The notes: generated from the letters alone by a model not told the origin. 64,000 nt of DNA from Amphiscolops sp. MND2022 (GCA_964187785.1 OZ076421.1:21018001-21082000); one strand, 5' to 3'; positions 24,801-38,650 are shown, counted from the stretch's first letter. Numbers and translations are program-made.

Positions 24801-25830
24801 AAAAACAGTGTCTAGATGCGTGAATGTTTTGACACAATCCAAATACGTAGGAGATCTAAACTCAGGTGGAGTTCTGGGTAGCGCCACATGAAAGATAACA
24901 CAGGACATGAAAACGAAGTGACTCACTTACCATTAACTTCGAAGATATCAGGTCTATTTTGGGCCAAGGCTGCTATCACTTGCATAGAGCCACCACGTAT
25001 AGAACATGTGGTAATGCTAAACTTGGACAGTACAAACGAAGTTGGGATGGATGCTCAGAGGAACCTGTCCTCTGCAAGAGACTGCAAAACTTGCAACAGT
25101 AAGCCTAGTTGCACCAGTGGAGGACCGATTGGCGGATCAATTGAAGTCTTGGTGGAATATGGAAACGTATGCTTCCATCTGCAACGTATCCGGGAGGTCC
25201 AAGGAAGATTAGAGAGCCCTTGAGAGAGCTGAGGATAGATCAGTCGCGCTAAGCAAGTCAATCGAGTCAGAACACTTGGAAAACTTCATCTTGAAACTTT
25301 AATGGAATGTGAAGTCAGAGAGTCTTAAGATCTGCCGCGGTATGGGAAAAGAAGTGCCTGCTAATTCCACTCAGCGAATTGTTTTAACTCTCGTTTCCTC
25401 TGTGTTTGACCCGTTGGGGTTGTCATTCCCTCTCAGTGAGAACGAGATTGTTGCTCAAAGGAATCTGGAAAAAGCATGAGCAATCGTGGGACAAAGAGTT
25501 GTCCCAAGTAGACAAGATAATGTTTAAACTATACGAATTTTTTTGGACGGATTCCACAACTGTTTTGCAATGGTTGCATAGAGCTGACAAAAAACAACCG
25601 GTGTTTGTGGCAAAGAGAGTCGCCGAAACCTTGGATAGTTCAACCATTTATCAGTGAAGACTAATCGAAAAAAAACTAAACCCTTCAACGCAACAAGAGC
25701 AAAATCTGTTAAATAAATGGAGAAGACCGAGTGGTTCGGCATGGTTTCGTGAGAAAGAAGATATTTGGCTACAAACCTCTCCACAGACACATCTAGCTCA
25801 GCATACACAACCCGATGAAATCAAAAGATT
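21880..25830 (+). mobile_element. Decayed BEL/Pao LTR retrotransposon (5' LTR to ~22748, leader repeats, gag and pol fragments)
   Basis: ~21.9-22.75 kb is a diverged reverse-complement match to the 896-bp LTR, ending GTTACA and followed by a PBS-like TTGTTCGGCCGACCTGG. BEL pol motifs: DRLADQLKSWWNMETYASICNVSGRSKED, SVFDPLG and FWTDSTTVLQWL...VFVAKRVAE. Confidence 0.75.
22857..22998. repeat. ~24-bp tandem array (~6 units) in the leader of the decayed BEL copy
   Basis: TGTGTCTCTGGGAGATTGGGCTAT-like units. Confidence 0.8.
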
Positions 25831-27008
25831 AAACTCAGATTTCTTGAAAAAAAAGTTAGTAAAAACTTGTCTCAAGAAAACCAAAAATCTAAATTTTCGC
25901 CGTTCAATTTGTAAAATTATTTTTATTCACAGTTCCTGCCATTGTATCTATAACTTCACTTCATGAGCTTGCTTGAAACCACTTGGCCCGGATGTTGATG
26001 CGTGTGTCTCTACGTGGTGGATGAGTTCCTGTGCGGGTTCGTGGTTTCGAATCCAGTGTTTTACAAAACAGTTTTATGCTTGCCAAGATACAGGAAAAAA
26101 TAAGGTCCACCCTTTGGGGGTTTCGACACTATGCGTCATTTCCCATTTTTTTAAAATACTGAAGGTTGCTTCATACAAAAAAGATGAAAGAAATCTGAAA
26201 AATGTTGAAAAAAAGTCTTGTAACAGTCCTTCAGCTGTTCTGAGATTGTTCGAAGAGACACAATGAAAAGTAAGTTGAAAAACTTGAAAAGCAATTTGGA
26301 TGTCATTTTTTTGTTTGGAGTCGGGAAGTACCCTTCTGTGATCTTGCAGCTTTTCATCAAGACAGGTATGAATACTATATCGGCAACGACAGCCTTCAAT
26401 CAAATCAATTGTATTGATTTGGATACATTCAAGACAGAAGGACGCTGAACTGGAACTATTTTGAACCAGTCCAAAGGTATATAGTCAAGACTGTTGTTTC
26501 CATGATTTCAGGGTTGAAAGAGTTGAACAGATGACACTGCGGAGATAAACAGCCACCAAAAGTGTTCAAAAGAAGATCCTTTGGGCTTTTAATTGGAAAC
26601 ATCAGATAAAACAAAGGACGGACGTTTTGGTCACTTTCAGACCCTATGGACTTCAAAAAGACAATACCATTAAACTGTAAAAGTCGGACATTTTTTCTTT
26701 CAGAAAGCGCTGGTTGAAGTCAGTAGAGAAATCATTTTCTGAGTTTTGGCTGTGACTTTTTCTCATGATAGAGAAGTTCACAGATTCCAAAAATGATGAG
26801 AATGAATACCATTCAAACAAGTATTCAGATTGCAAAGATTAAAACAAAGGTCCTGATTCAAATTTTGACCAGAACTTCTCTGGTGTCATTTTATGATATT
26901 TATTCTGACAACATTTTTCAGCCTTGTTCATTTTCATGCCATTTGTCATTTCATTCATTTGAAACATTCCATCACTCGACTAAATCAATTCAGTTGCACT
27001 GCATTAAA

Positions 27009-28360
27009 ATGACTAGTTTGAAACTACTTCTTGGAGCTCTGTTGATTTTGGTGTTGCACTACGCCACCTTCAACAATGCAATGGCAGTTGGTGACTACAG
27101 TGCTGAAAGAAAAGCAGATCAACACGTGAAAAATCTTCTGAAACACGTCAAACATCGGATTGAGATCAAAGAGAAAAGGTTCAGATCGTTCCAGTTTTAG
27201 AACTAAGCCTCACTCCATTATTAGGCTCCTGGTGGCCAAACGTTACGTCATCATCGCAGTTTCCGTCATTAGGAGCGACTGTGTTTCATCAGCATGTTAT
27301 CGATGTAAAGGATTGTTTTTGTCTTTGAACTTAGTCGAAATGAAACTTTGTGACTGTTTGCAAAAATTATTGATAATATTTTTCTTATACTTGTGTTTCA
27401 ATTCATGAAATAGAATCATTGTTATTAGCATAAAATGCATAGGGGATAAGGAGATTTTTTCTGCTAGAACCACTTTGTTTCTCCAATCACTGCTGTGTCC
27501 AGAAACGAAAATAATTTATCACATGCACCGTATGGTTCCATGTGCTGAGTCTCATGGAAATGCAGGATGCCTTTTATCCATGCTTTACAGCATTTAAAGA
27601 AAGTTAATGGAGTACTTGCGGTGCAGATTCATTCAGTCAACCTCTAAAATTGCTCAATCTTTCATTCCTCAGTTCAAATCCACCCTAGCTTAGTGGCCTG
27701 GTCAGTGACAAGTAAAAACACATTTGGTGAGAAAACAAAACAAACCTTTTTGATCTGGAGCAAGTTACTTTGAAACCGCAGCTTCAAGCCCGCCATGGCT
27801 TGACCACTTGGTTGCAAGTATGGTACCATAGCTTGCTATGGGGAGATATTATCCAAAAGCGCGCTGACTTTGAAAAGCAGAACTGCTCATTCGGCGTCTA
27901 TTTCGCGGAATTGAGGAAATTAACTTTCTTCTTTCTTCCAACATTTTTTCTCAGGTTGCCCGACCGCATGTGTAATCTGTCTTTTCTGGTACATTTTTTT
28001 GGAATTTTGAATATTGTTTTGCGCAAAAAAAATTCTTGCAGCGCTGAAGTCAATGATGGTGAAGAATATATTCATCAAGTCTTTATTGTTCTCGAGGACT
28101 TTGCTAAAACTGGAACAACTTTGAGGTTCTATGACACGTTCGAAGCTGTTACATACCGAACCCAAATTGTTTTCGGAACCAACTACCTGATCAAAGTCAA
28201 AACTGATGACGGGTACATGTTGGTCCGAGTATATGAGCCCCTTCCCGACTCAAATGAATTGCCTTCCCTTTTGGAATACAAGAAAGTGAAAAGTTTGGAA
28301 AAACGATTCCAAATCGCCTGGAATATTGTTGGCTCCGGGAATGCAATGGCTGATGCGTAA
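27009..28360 (+). CDS. Putative secreted stefin (cystatin A/B-like) gene; exons 27009-27178 and 28126-28360
   Basis: Exon 2 reads YDTFEAVTYRTQIVFGTNYLIKVKTDDGYMLVRVYEPLP, with the QxVxG motif and a stefin-like C-terminus. Exon 1 encodes a hydrophobic leader (MTSLKLLLGALLILVLHY) and AVGDYSAERKADQHVKNLLKHVKHRIEIKEK. The phase-2 GT-AG join is in frame, but the acceptor is weak. Confidence 0.65.
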
Positions 28361-28608
28361 TGACCCGAGTCGAAACGCTACAAATGTTCCAAAAGCGTAT
28401 TCTGATCAATTTTGTTAAATTCGTTATGATCTGACAGCAGCTGCAAGGATATCAAGACATATGTTTTTGATCAAATGGGTGTTATGTTGCCATTTTTAAC
28501 TGGAAACATATAGACTTGGACTTCGAGACTACTCATCTCGGGTCAAATTCAATTAGCGGTGAGAGATTTAGAACGCTAGGATCATTCCAAATAGATGGAA
28601 AATGGCAA

Positions 28609-29476
28609 CCCGGGTTTCCCGACCAGGCCGATCATAATCTGACCATATTATGGCACCATACAAATCATACAAATTTCCTCACTATGATCTTGCCATGATC
28701 GGCCTGGATTCATATATGGTCCAGAGTATGATCGGCCTGGAATCATATATGGTCCAGAGTATGATCAGCCTGGAATCATAAATGTTTGTCCCAAACGCGG
28801 GTTGACGTGACATTCAACCCAAACAAAAAATTTCAAATATTGAGAACAGCCAGCTTTACAGGCTGAGGGCAATAGAGCCACATTCGACATTTTGTATCTG
28901 CGAACGATAGATACATTGCAGGTCAGAACTCCTTTAAGCTCTAAGCGGAGTTAAAGACAAAGTACAGCCACTCCTTAGTTAAAAACTAACTCTTTTGTTA
29001 TAGCAGTACCCATTTTGCAGTGTGATTTTCAATTATTTCCAGAAAAATTACCAATAATTCAGCAAAAGCTGCCAAAAATTGATGATTGCTACCTTGTTTT
29101 CAATTTGGTGATTGTATTGAACCTTTGGTTGAGGAAAATCTTGTAATTTCATTAGTGTATGCGTTAATTGACTACATTATCCTAATTTTCTTTTTATGTC
29201 TCCAGGCTAACCATACTCTGCGCCACAAAGGTTTATGGTTCCAGGCTGATCATAGACTGAACCATATATGGCTCAGAATATGATCAGGCTGGAACCATAA
29301 ACTTTGTTTTTTTTTATGGAACATGGCGTACCATAGACTGAACCATATATGTCCAGAGTATGGTCAGCCTGGAACCATAAACCTTTATGGTCCAGAGTAT
29401 GATCAGCCTGGAATCATACTGTGAGTATGATGGCAGAGTATGATTGACCTGTTTTTGTATGGGAGGGAAACCCGGG
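28609..29476. mobile_element. Non-autonomous DNA transposon (MITE) with 12-bp TIR CCCGGGTTTCCC and subterminal repeats
   Basis: Perfect TIRs with AA on both flanks. Internal arrays of GATCAGCCTGGAATCATATATGGTCCAGAGTAT units in both orientations. Same family as 52302-52498. Confidence 0.75.
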
Positions 29477-30290
29477 AAATCCTTAATTGAACTATTCTAC
29501 CAAAGATATTCCCTAACTTTTTTCTCAGATTTCAGCCATTAGTAACAGAATTACAACGAAAAAGTTGTTTTGAAATCGAATTAGAAATACAAAAACCATA
29601 TCATGCAGTTTTCAGGAGTTTTAGTTTTTCTCCGAACATATTGTGCTGTTTCGGGTATACTTCTGGTCATAAAAAAAAACATTTTAGATAACTTTTGTGG
29701 TGTTGACTTTCTTAAATTTTACTTCGCAGATTTCTTTGAAACGTTTTCCTTGAAAAGTTCGAATATGTTAACTCTCGGAAAAACAAAACTATCAAATTTT
29801 TGTTATTTCCTTCAGATGTCAAAACAGAATTTTGAAGTGTCGTTTTGGACTTTTTCGTTTTGCATACACGACGAAATATTGTGCTTACAAGTTTCGCTTG
29901 CTATTCAGCTTTTCGTAGCTTTTGGTACTTACCATATTGTATATCGATTCTCTCAGTACACAGTGAGAAAATTAAAAGTTGCAATGAAGATCAACTTCAA
30001 TCAATTTCCGAAATGGTAAATTATGACAATCCCAATAAATCTACCTGATAATGAAAATGTTAGTATCTGAATTAAATTCGACTCGGGACTAAATTAAATT
30101 CCCAAACCGAGCAGTTTCTCCCATTGAGAATAATGGAACTCAACACAGTTATTATCGACCTACAAGAGGAGTTTTATCAAGATTTCATCATCAGTCAGCA
30201 ACTTGTATTTATTATTGACTCATGTTCAGAATATTGTATTCAGCAAATGAACTTATTCCAGAGTTGGATTAAATCTTTCTTTTAGCTTTT

Positions 30291-30715
30291 TCATAAGAAA
30301 AGCTAGACCTCTCACGCATCGGGGCATCCAACTCCCTCTGCGCAAACCACAACTGAAATTTTGTTAAATTAGGTGCCAAAGCATAAAAAAAAGAAGAAAA
30401 CTGTTTTACAGAGTATGATAAACGACTTGTGAAACAACACCATTTAGGATCCTCAGAAACTTTGTGTTGAAATCACAAAATGATGAACAATCATTCCACA
30501 AAGGAAGGAAAATTCACGACTTTCCTATGTGACCAAAAATGACCAGACAAAGAAACATGGGATGTGGTGCTTCTCTTAGTACCACTGTCATTGACTCCAG
30601 AAGAACGGAAGGATTTGAACCATCTAGATTCCAACATTTTTGGACGCATATGGGTTGAATGCTTTATCAACAATAGTACGGGATGTAAAGATGAGAAACT
30701 AAATAATGTCGATTA
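30291..30715 (+). repeat. Segment duplicated at ~33242-33713
   Basis: Colinear diverged copies, bracketed here by a 49-bp perfect direct repeat (30253-30301, 30713-30761). Confidence 0.8.
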
Positions 30716-30974
30716 TTCCAGAGTTGGATTAAATCTTTCTTTTAGCTTTTTCATAAGAAAAAAATTGCCAGATTCGAATATATTTTCTAACAGCTGAAAG
30801 CTTTTCAATTTACTTATTCGTGGAAATTCAACGAGTTACGTAACTTTGAGACAAAAAATGTCGGACGACTGCATTTAAAAGTGGTTTTTGCTAAGTTCCG
30901 GAGTCAACCCATGTGTTTTGAAAACAAGACGCCCGCTGACCAGCGGGATATTTTCCGCCCCAAATCTCTTCGAA

Positions 30975-31700
30975 AAAGACTACTGGACAACAAATTTGTT
31001 CCTTGTTGACTCTTTTCAACATTCCAATCTACGAAGTCTGTCGAAAATTTGACAAAAATTGCATAAAAAACTTTTGGAAAATTTTGGGTTTTTTGTCATT
31101 TTCGGTTTCAATTTGATATATTTTTCATTTAGAAAACAGTCATTATCTCTTCGGAAAAGCATACTGGACAACGAATTCCTGCCATTCCTGTCACGTTAAG
31201 CGTTTTCAACATTCAAATCCGCGAAGTCTATCGAAAATTTGACAAAAATTGTTGCATAAAAACGTTAAAAATCGAAAAATTTTGGAATTTTTTATCATTT
31301 TTGGGGTAACTTTTTTTTGAAAAAACGCATTTATCTCCTTAAAAAATACTATTGGACAACGAGTTCGTGCCTTGTTGAACGTTTTCAATATTCTAATCCA
31401 CGATGTAGATCGAAAAAATGACAAAAATTGCATTAAAACGTTAAAAGTCGAAAAATTTTGGAATTTTTGTCATTTTTTTGGTAATTTTTCTTTTAAAAAA
31501 CCGCATTTATCTCTTCAAAATACTATTGGACAACGAATTCGTGCCTTGTTGAACGTTTTCAACATTCTAATCGACGATGTTTATCGAAAAAATGGCAAAA
31601 AATGCATGAAAACGGTGAAAATTGGGAAAGTTTTGAATTTTTGTCATTTTCGGGGTCATTTTGGGTCATTATGGGGTCATTTCCGTCATTCCCAAAAAAG
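30975..31700. repeat. ~180-bp tandem repeat, ~4 diverged units
   Basis: The anchor ACTA(C/T)TGGACAAC recurs at about 30980, 31161, 31347 and 31522. Confidence 0.75.
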
Positions 31701-33241
31701 TCCAAAAATCTTTACAAATACATATCGCATGGAACTAAATTTATGTCAGTTGAATTCTGTGAATGTACTTCTTCATATTACGTAAACAATAATAATTCTT
31801 GGCAAATTTTGTAAAAAAAAAACCCGTTTGATTTAAATATTTTCCTTTCCCATATGAAATATGGGCGGAAAATAACAAGATACGTTTAATTAACTGTCAA
31901 TTGTCAAAAACCATGAAGTGTGAAGTGTTGAGAGACAGCGCATCTACAGTAGCCCAACTTCTAACTCGCTCAATCAACAGTTTCATAGCTGAGTTTTCTG
32001 ACTTCCTTCGAACTTTCAAAAACAGCAACTGCTGTATTGTTTTACATTTTTCTACTGCAGACATGGGATGTATTACGAGATGTTTTTTTTATTTTTAAAA
32101 AAGTGAGACGCCATCTTCTTACACACAGTTCAGTTGCTTCTGGCAAACAATTCAGTTGCTTTTGACCTATTATGCAAACTTCTAATTAAACTCAGATTTT
32201 CTAACTGCATGCGCTGAGCGCATTCTCATTGCTATGGTGAAATCTGCCATCAAATCTCTACAGCAGAAAATAAAAGATCTTGAAAATCAAATTGATCAAT
32301 TGAAAGAAGACCTTTTAGTTACGAAAGATGAATTAGAAAATATAAAATATCTATAAGCGCCAAGTGGCGGGCAGCTTTCATCCCATGGCAACCAATCATT
32401 TACAACAATCAATCAATGCGAATGACCCGAAAGATAGTTAGGTTAGCCGAATATCGAGGTCATTCCAGGTTATACTTTTGCAACAAAAAAACTAGTAAGG
32501 CTTTGGTTTCGGGCTTATCTCGAGTGAAGCGAATCAACACTAAATGTCTCTGTCAAACAGATGCTCTTTATTCATACCCGAATGAATAGATACATGTAGA
32601 TCGAATAGATAGGGGCAACAAATAGAGAACTGAAAAAGATTGTACTTTCACACGAATGTCAAGCAAACTAAACTGTCTTCATTGTTGCTGAGTTCAATGT
32701 GGTAAGAAGGATACTACATCAGACGAGTGGTACCAACTAATCAAGAGATTGTATGAGACGTTTAAGCCGGAAAGAATTGTTCGACCGAACACAATCTCCA
32801 CCCCCATTTTCCTATCACCTGTAAAATAAATGAAAATACCTCTGCCCTGCAAATAGCAATCCAAAAATGTACAAAAGAAGACATTATTACAACAAATCCG
32901 AGTTTATAAGCAATGCCCTGAGTTTTAACGGAATGTTCATTGATAAGTTCATCAACAATGATTTTGTGCATTCGTCCCGAATTGGAAATAGACGTGTTTT
33001 CACTCTTTTGTGGATACATACACAATTTCCAAACTTATACATATATGGGAGAATGATGTTGATTTTCATTAGCTAGCAGTTACAGAGTTGTGCAATACGG
33101 GTTCTTGTTGTTAAGAATTATGTCTTGGGCTACCCAAACAATATTAATTTTACTTTCGGTTCATACTTTATACACATTCGTTGCTCTCGAAAAGAGTAAC
33201 ACTTTGTGTCCCCGTGATGATGGCGATGCGATCAACATAGC

Positions 33242-33713
33242 CATAAGAAAAGTAGACCTCTCACGCATCGGGCATCGGCGACATCCAGAAAATCCTGGCC
33301 CGCAGGTAGTTCTAGTAACATTTGAGCAACTTTTTTGTCAGTCGACTCGCTCTGTGCAAACCACAACTGAAATTTTTTCGTATTAAGTGCCAAAGCATAA
33401 AAAAGAAGAAAACTGTTATTCAAAGTATGATAAACTACTTGTGAGACAACACCATTTAGGTTCCTCGGAAGTTTTGTGCTGAAACAATCATTCCACAAAA
33501 GAAGAAAAATTCCCGACTTCTCGATGTGACCAAAAATGACCAGACAAAGAAACAGAGGATGTGGTGCTTCTCTTAGTATCACTGTCCTTGGCTCCAGAAG
33601 AACGGAAGGATTTGAACCATCTAGATTCCAACATTTTTGGACGCATATGGGTTGAATGCTTTATCAACAATAGTACGGGATGTAAAGATGAGCAACTAAA
33701 TAATGTCGATTAT
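33242..33713 (+). repeat. Second copy of the 30291-30715 segment
   Basis: Shared sequence from CATAAGAAAAG(C)TAGACCTCTCACGCATCGGG to TAAATAATGTCGATTAT. Confidence 0.8.
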
Positions 33714-34460
33714 AATCGATATTGTATACAACCCTCATAAGAACATACTTCTGTTTTTTTGGCGGAGATTTCAACGAGCACCGGTTTCGATGTCACCGTG
33801 AATAAACCAATCACATTGATGGGGATTATAAGATAAATCTTTTCGATCACAACGAAAAAACACGACTAAGACACAGTTAACTATTGTCCCATGTGATTTC
33901 CACAACCGTAACGGAAATATCCCAACTCGAATGAAAAGTGAAAAATCATCATTAATTGATTATTAACTCATCACATTGATGATAAGCCTCATGAAAGTTT
34001 CGTTTCCGACACGCCTCTAAGGACTACAAAACAGACTAACATCGATGACTGAGCAGAGACTACTCTGATAACCAATCATTTCCTGGGAAAAATCATCCGT
34101 CGTTAGGAAAATTCAATTCAGCTAATTGACTTATGAAACCGTTTTTTTTTAAAAAATAAATAATCAGAAATAGTTTTTGGGTAGATATTTATGCTCAAAA
34201 TTAAACTGTATGAAGGTTCATTGTCTTCACTTCGATCCTGGGAAATTGTCCTGGGAGATACGGGCAAAAGAAAAATGTTATCATACGTACCGATAGACGC
34301 TCTATGACAGTTCATTCGAATAGTGTCCAGAAAGTCAATCGTAGCCGTACAAAAACTATGCCAATGACAACCGCTCGACGATCCATCTTATCAAAACACG
34401 AAGAAATACTTCCTCATTAAACTAGCTCGAGATAATTTGATTCTCCCAACTAATACCTAC

Positions 34461-35040
34461 TGTCGTAACCATCATCACTATCCTCAGAGTCAATACAGGC
34501 TTCTCGTCTATGATTAGATTGCTTACTTTTTTCAGAATTCAATTTAGGCCAAGTTGGGTTTTCCCATTGCATCAGCGTTTGAATTTTGGTGCGGTCCGCC
34601 TTACCTAAGGTCCATTTTAGCACTTGATTTCTCATTTTGTGACTTAACAGTGTTTTGTATACTTGGTAACACCTTTTCCACAATCGCACAGTTAATTGCT
34701 TAAACTATGTGAGCGTTAAAGTCAGATTCGATCACTTCGAGTCTTCTAGATATTTGTGAAGTGATCCCAGAACTAATCATTCTACTCGTTTACACAGTTA
34801 CTCCGCTATTTTCACTGAGGTTTGTAATTAACAACGATCTAAAATCCTCTCTTTCATTTGTATTTCTTTGCAGTCCTCTTGACCCTTGGTCAATGCCAAT
34901 TTCATTTTCTCCTTCTTGCTCATCAAATTCAATGTTAGAAACAAATCCTAACGTCACATCTACATTCTCAATATCTGGCCTCACGTCAGACTGACTTAAG
35001 CGTTTATCTTCTGCTTTCTGCTTTCTAGTTGAAGGCATAA
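34461..35040 (-). mobile_element. Gypsy LTR remnant carrying a gag N-terminus (solo-LTR-like)
   Basis: MPSTRKQKA... reading (35038 downward) ends at DSDDGYD, exactly at a TG/CA boundary (34461), with no pol following. The distal boundary was not found. Confidence 0.5.
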
Positions 35041-35750
35041 TACGGGTTTTGATAACTTTTCAAGACTAAATTCAAAGCTGATCATTACAAGTTGACACCC
35101 AGAACGAAAGAATGATTGTAATCAGTTGCAGGCAAGTTGTACTAAAAATAATCGTTCTATCAAAAACAAATTCCCACTATACACAGCTTCCACACCATGA
35201 CATCTATAATTTAATGTGTCATGTGTTAAAAATAAACATGACATCACCATGATTATTAATAGCAACTTGATAACAATTACGTCATATTACGTAAGCTACT
35301 AAAAACAGAAATCAGATTGCATCAGAGTAACAATGGTTGAATATTTATATAAATATTTACACGCAAGCAACAGTTCATGTCGTTAAAATAGTCCTAAAGA
35401 AATACTTGACCAAGCGTCAAAATGACTGCACTAAAGGTTTAACTAGTTACATGTAAAAGAAAGTGGATGCACCGTCCTTCTAGGTATAGTAGGCAACTGA
35501 ATGTACAAGCACTGTGATCGCATGATAGCTTGTACGACCACGCGTTAACTGGACTGCAGCATTGTTCCTAGTTGAACGCGTTTCCTTTCTTACGAATACT
35601 GACACCTTTAAATAGTACATTACTGCACGCAAAACAATATCATTTAGCATTTCATTGATTATTATACATTTGCTCATTGAATCCTCAATACTAGTTCACT
35701 ATCAAAGTAATGTATCAATCTATCTAATTTTATAACAGTTGGTGAGTAAA

Positions 35751-36470
35751 ACACAAAAATATTCGTATGCGATCAATCTGAAGTTAAAACAAGATAGCAA
35801 ATGAATGCAATTTCCGGTCTAAATAGGCACAATTCAGCATAATTGGATAATTCATATACAACATTAGTAGGCTAAGTATGAAATTTTAATTTTGGAGAAT
35901 ATTTTAGGTTGGTAGTTCACAGGGGGCTAAAATTGTATTGTTCGACGACGGAGAGAAATTAATACCAAAAATGACTATCAAGTTCCTCTACAACTCATGA
36001 ACAGTATACGGCATCTTTTGACATCAATATTAGAAGCATTGGAAATCGTGCACAATGAATTAACTTTGCGAATAAAGTAACAACATGAACTTTGATATTT
36101 TCATGCTGACACGAAAAATATTCGTAGGCGATCAAGCTGAAGTTATGTCAATATGGTAATTGAATGAAATTTCCGGTCTAAGTACGCACAATTCAGCGCC
36201 ATGGAATAATTCATGTACAAAATTACTAGGCTAAGAATGAAATATTAGTTTTGGAGTTTATCTCAGGTTGGTAGTACACCGGGGGCTAGAATCGTATTGT
36301 TCGACGACGGAAGAGAAATGGATACCAAAAATGTTTACCAAAATCCACTACAACTCATAAACAGTATACGGCATCTTTTGACTTCAAAATTAGAAGCACT
36401 AAAATAGTGCACAATGAATTAAATGTGGGGATAATGTAAGAACAAAAACTTTGATATTTTCCGGCTGACA
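35751..36470. repeat. Tandem duplication, two diverged ~358-bp units
   Basis: Units begin ACAC(G)AAAAATATTCGTA at ~35751 and ~36109. Confidence 0.8.
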
Positions 36471-36499
36471 GAAACATTGTTACATACTTCAATCGTAGA

Positions 36500-38650
36500 T
36501 GGTGAATTAAACTTCCGGAGTATAAATTCGACTATCGGAACGAATGGCTAATTTAAATGTCTCAAAATATGGAGGAGTCTTGGTGCGGTCTGAGTTGGAC
36601 AGCAAAGTAAGAAATCTTGACAGCCAAATGCTCGGAGCTACTGTAGTTGCTCGTTAAACTACCACAATTTTCCTATTTTTTCAGTTTGTTTCTATCATCC
36701 ACATGAAACTGAGAAAAAACGAAGTCCGCGTCACATATCGATTGACAGAGTGATATTTACAATAGTCATTGTGATTGGCAAGACCTATCGCTCTACATTC
36801 CTGAAAGAATTTTCAACCAGAAGCAAGTTTAATAGAATGACTACTCGACCAAAGATTCGAAAGTGCAGCAATTACTGGTTTTTATCACACAAAACGTTTT
36901 CCAACAAATTGTTTATTTACCCACGGCTGCATCGGGAACTTTATTTCTACCCTTCATCAACTCAGAAACTCAAACTATAACGTGGAAACTAATCGGTACA
37001 AATTTGAACATCTTTTCAAATCACCGGAATCGATCTGAAAGTTCCGATCACTACAAGATAAGTACATTAGAAGAACAACCCATCCTGTCTAAACTTGAGT
37101 TATTGTAATGCAAACTTTTTTTTCATGAGACTAAAGGTAAAGGAGCTTTCCGTTCCAGGGGTTTGCTGGAGTAATAAAAATGTCTTTCTCGATCAGTGGT
37201 ATGAGTGGCACAAACGTATAATTATTGGATGCGTACCATATCGTAACAGTCACACAGCTCATTTAGTACCCTGCCTAAAACTTCCAATTGGCTCGAAAAG
37301 CTTCAAACAGCTCGCAATAATTGTTCAAGCAAAATTTCTAGAAGTTCAAAAAGACTTGAACTGACAAAGGATGGTTCAACAAATATTCAAGATGGCAAAG
37401 ATTATTTTGAAAGAAAATTAGTCAACAACTAACCTCTTCAGATATTTCCGTATGAAACTACACATATACATGTGTCTGTCAAACACAAAATTAAAACTGC
37501 CAGCGATCCTGAATCACAAAGTTCCTCGATCTCGGAAAACCTCTCCGAAAACTTCGAGAAGTTATCTGTTGCATCAAATAAGGAAGAATCAGATTAAAAA
37601 GTCGAACATTTGCATGATTTCGATACATCCATATTGACAATTGAAAACAGTTGCAGCAGTCTATCAACAAGCACCGCTGCATAACCTGATGAGATTCCAC
37701 CTATCTTTTTCAAAAATGTGCCAAGGGTCTCAATAAATCACTATGCCAAGTCTTTGGAAAAATCACGCAAACAGCAGTCTACCCCGCAGCGTTTAGGCAA
37801 GCAATTGTAAAACCTACATTCAAAAAAGGCACAAAATCTGACGTATAAAACTAGACGTTTTATGGTTTCCGTACTAGAGGTTTTCGTATTATGGTTTCTA
37901 ACAGTTTCAAACGCATTCTCTTCAACGTCCTTTACGAATATCTGCAGCCTATAACGAGTCCCTCTCAATTTGGTTTCCCCAAAGAACGATCACGCATTAT
38001 TTGGAGGGTTATCTATATGGAAATCCTTTACAATGCAAACGGATGCGTTGGTCATATCAACGTCATTTACACAGATTATGAGAGGGAGAGTTCGATAAAG
38101 TGGACCTTGGGTTACTCTTACAAAAACTACACAAAATTGGTATCAGATGCTTGTTGAAAATAATCCAATCCTATCTGAATGAAAGATCTCAATGCGTATT
38201 CAAGGTTCGCGAAATTGTAATCATGGTTGATTTTTTGATGAAATGCCAGTCTCCAGCGGCGTTCTCCACGGATCTTAATTAGCCAGTTTCCCGTTCCATA
38301 TCTATATTAAGGACTTTCCTGCTTTATGTAAATCAGTTTTTCCACTTTTGTGCACAGATGAGGCTAAATCCATTGCTATAAAGAAACCGGAAATTGCAGC
38401 ACAAATTGACCTTTCTCTGGTAAAAAGACGGATTGATTATCATGGTTTTCCGTTGAATACTGGAAAATGTCACGACTATTCCCTTTGTTAAAGTAACAGC
38501 AAATATTGCTTAGCTAAATCACCTATTTTGAAACAAGACTGCATTGTTGTTGACCACAAATTTGAACTCATATATGTCTGGGGAATGTACAGAATCGCTG
38601 CACCGAATGGATCAGTGAAGATTGGAAGAATAAATACAAGCAGTTGCCCT
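36500..38650 (+). mobile_element. Degenerate CR1-like LINE ORF2 (endonuclease end and RT)
   Basis: SDHY motif and broken RT motifs FKKGTKSDV, SQFGFPKERS, VIYTDY..FDKVDLGLLLQKL. Boundaries approximate. Confidence 0.7.

Noticed and set aside
25970-26840. Cluster of overlapping 60-110-aa ORFs
   Set aside because: No recognisable domain, and both strands are equally open.
31372-31814. 137-aa and 70-aa ORFs
   Set aside because: By-products of the ~180-bp AT-rich tandem repeat.
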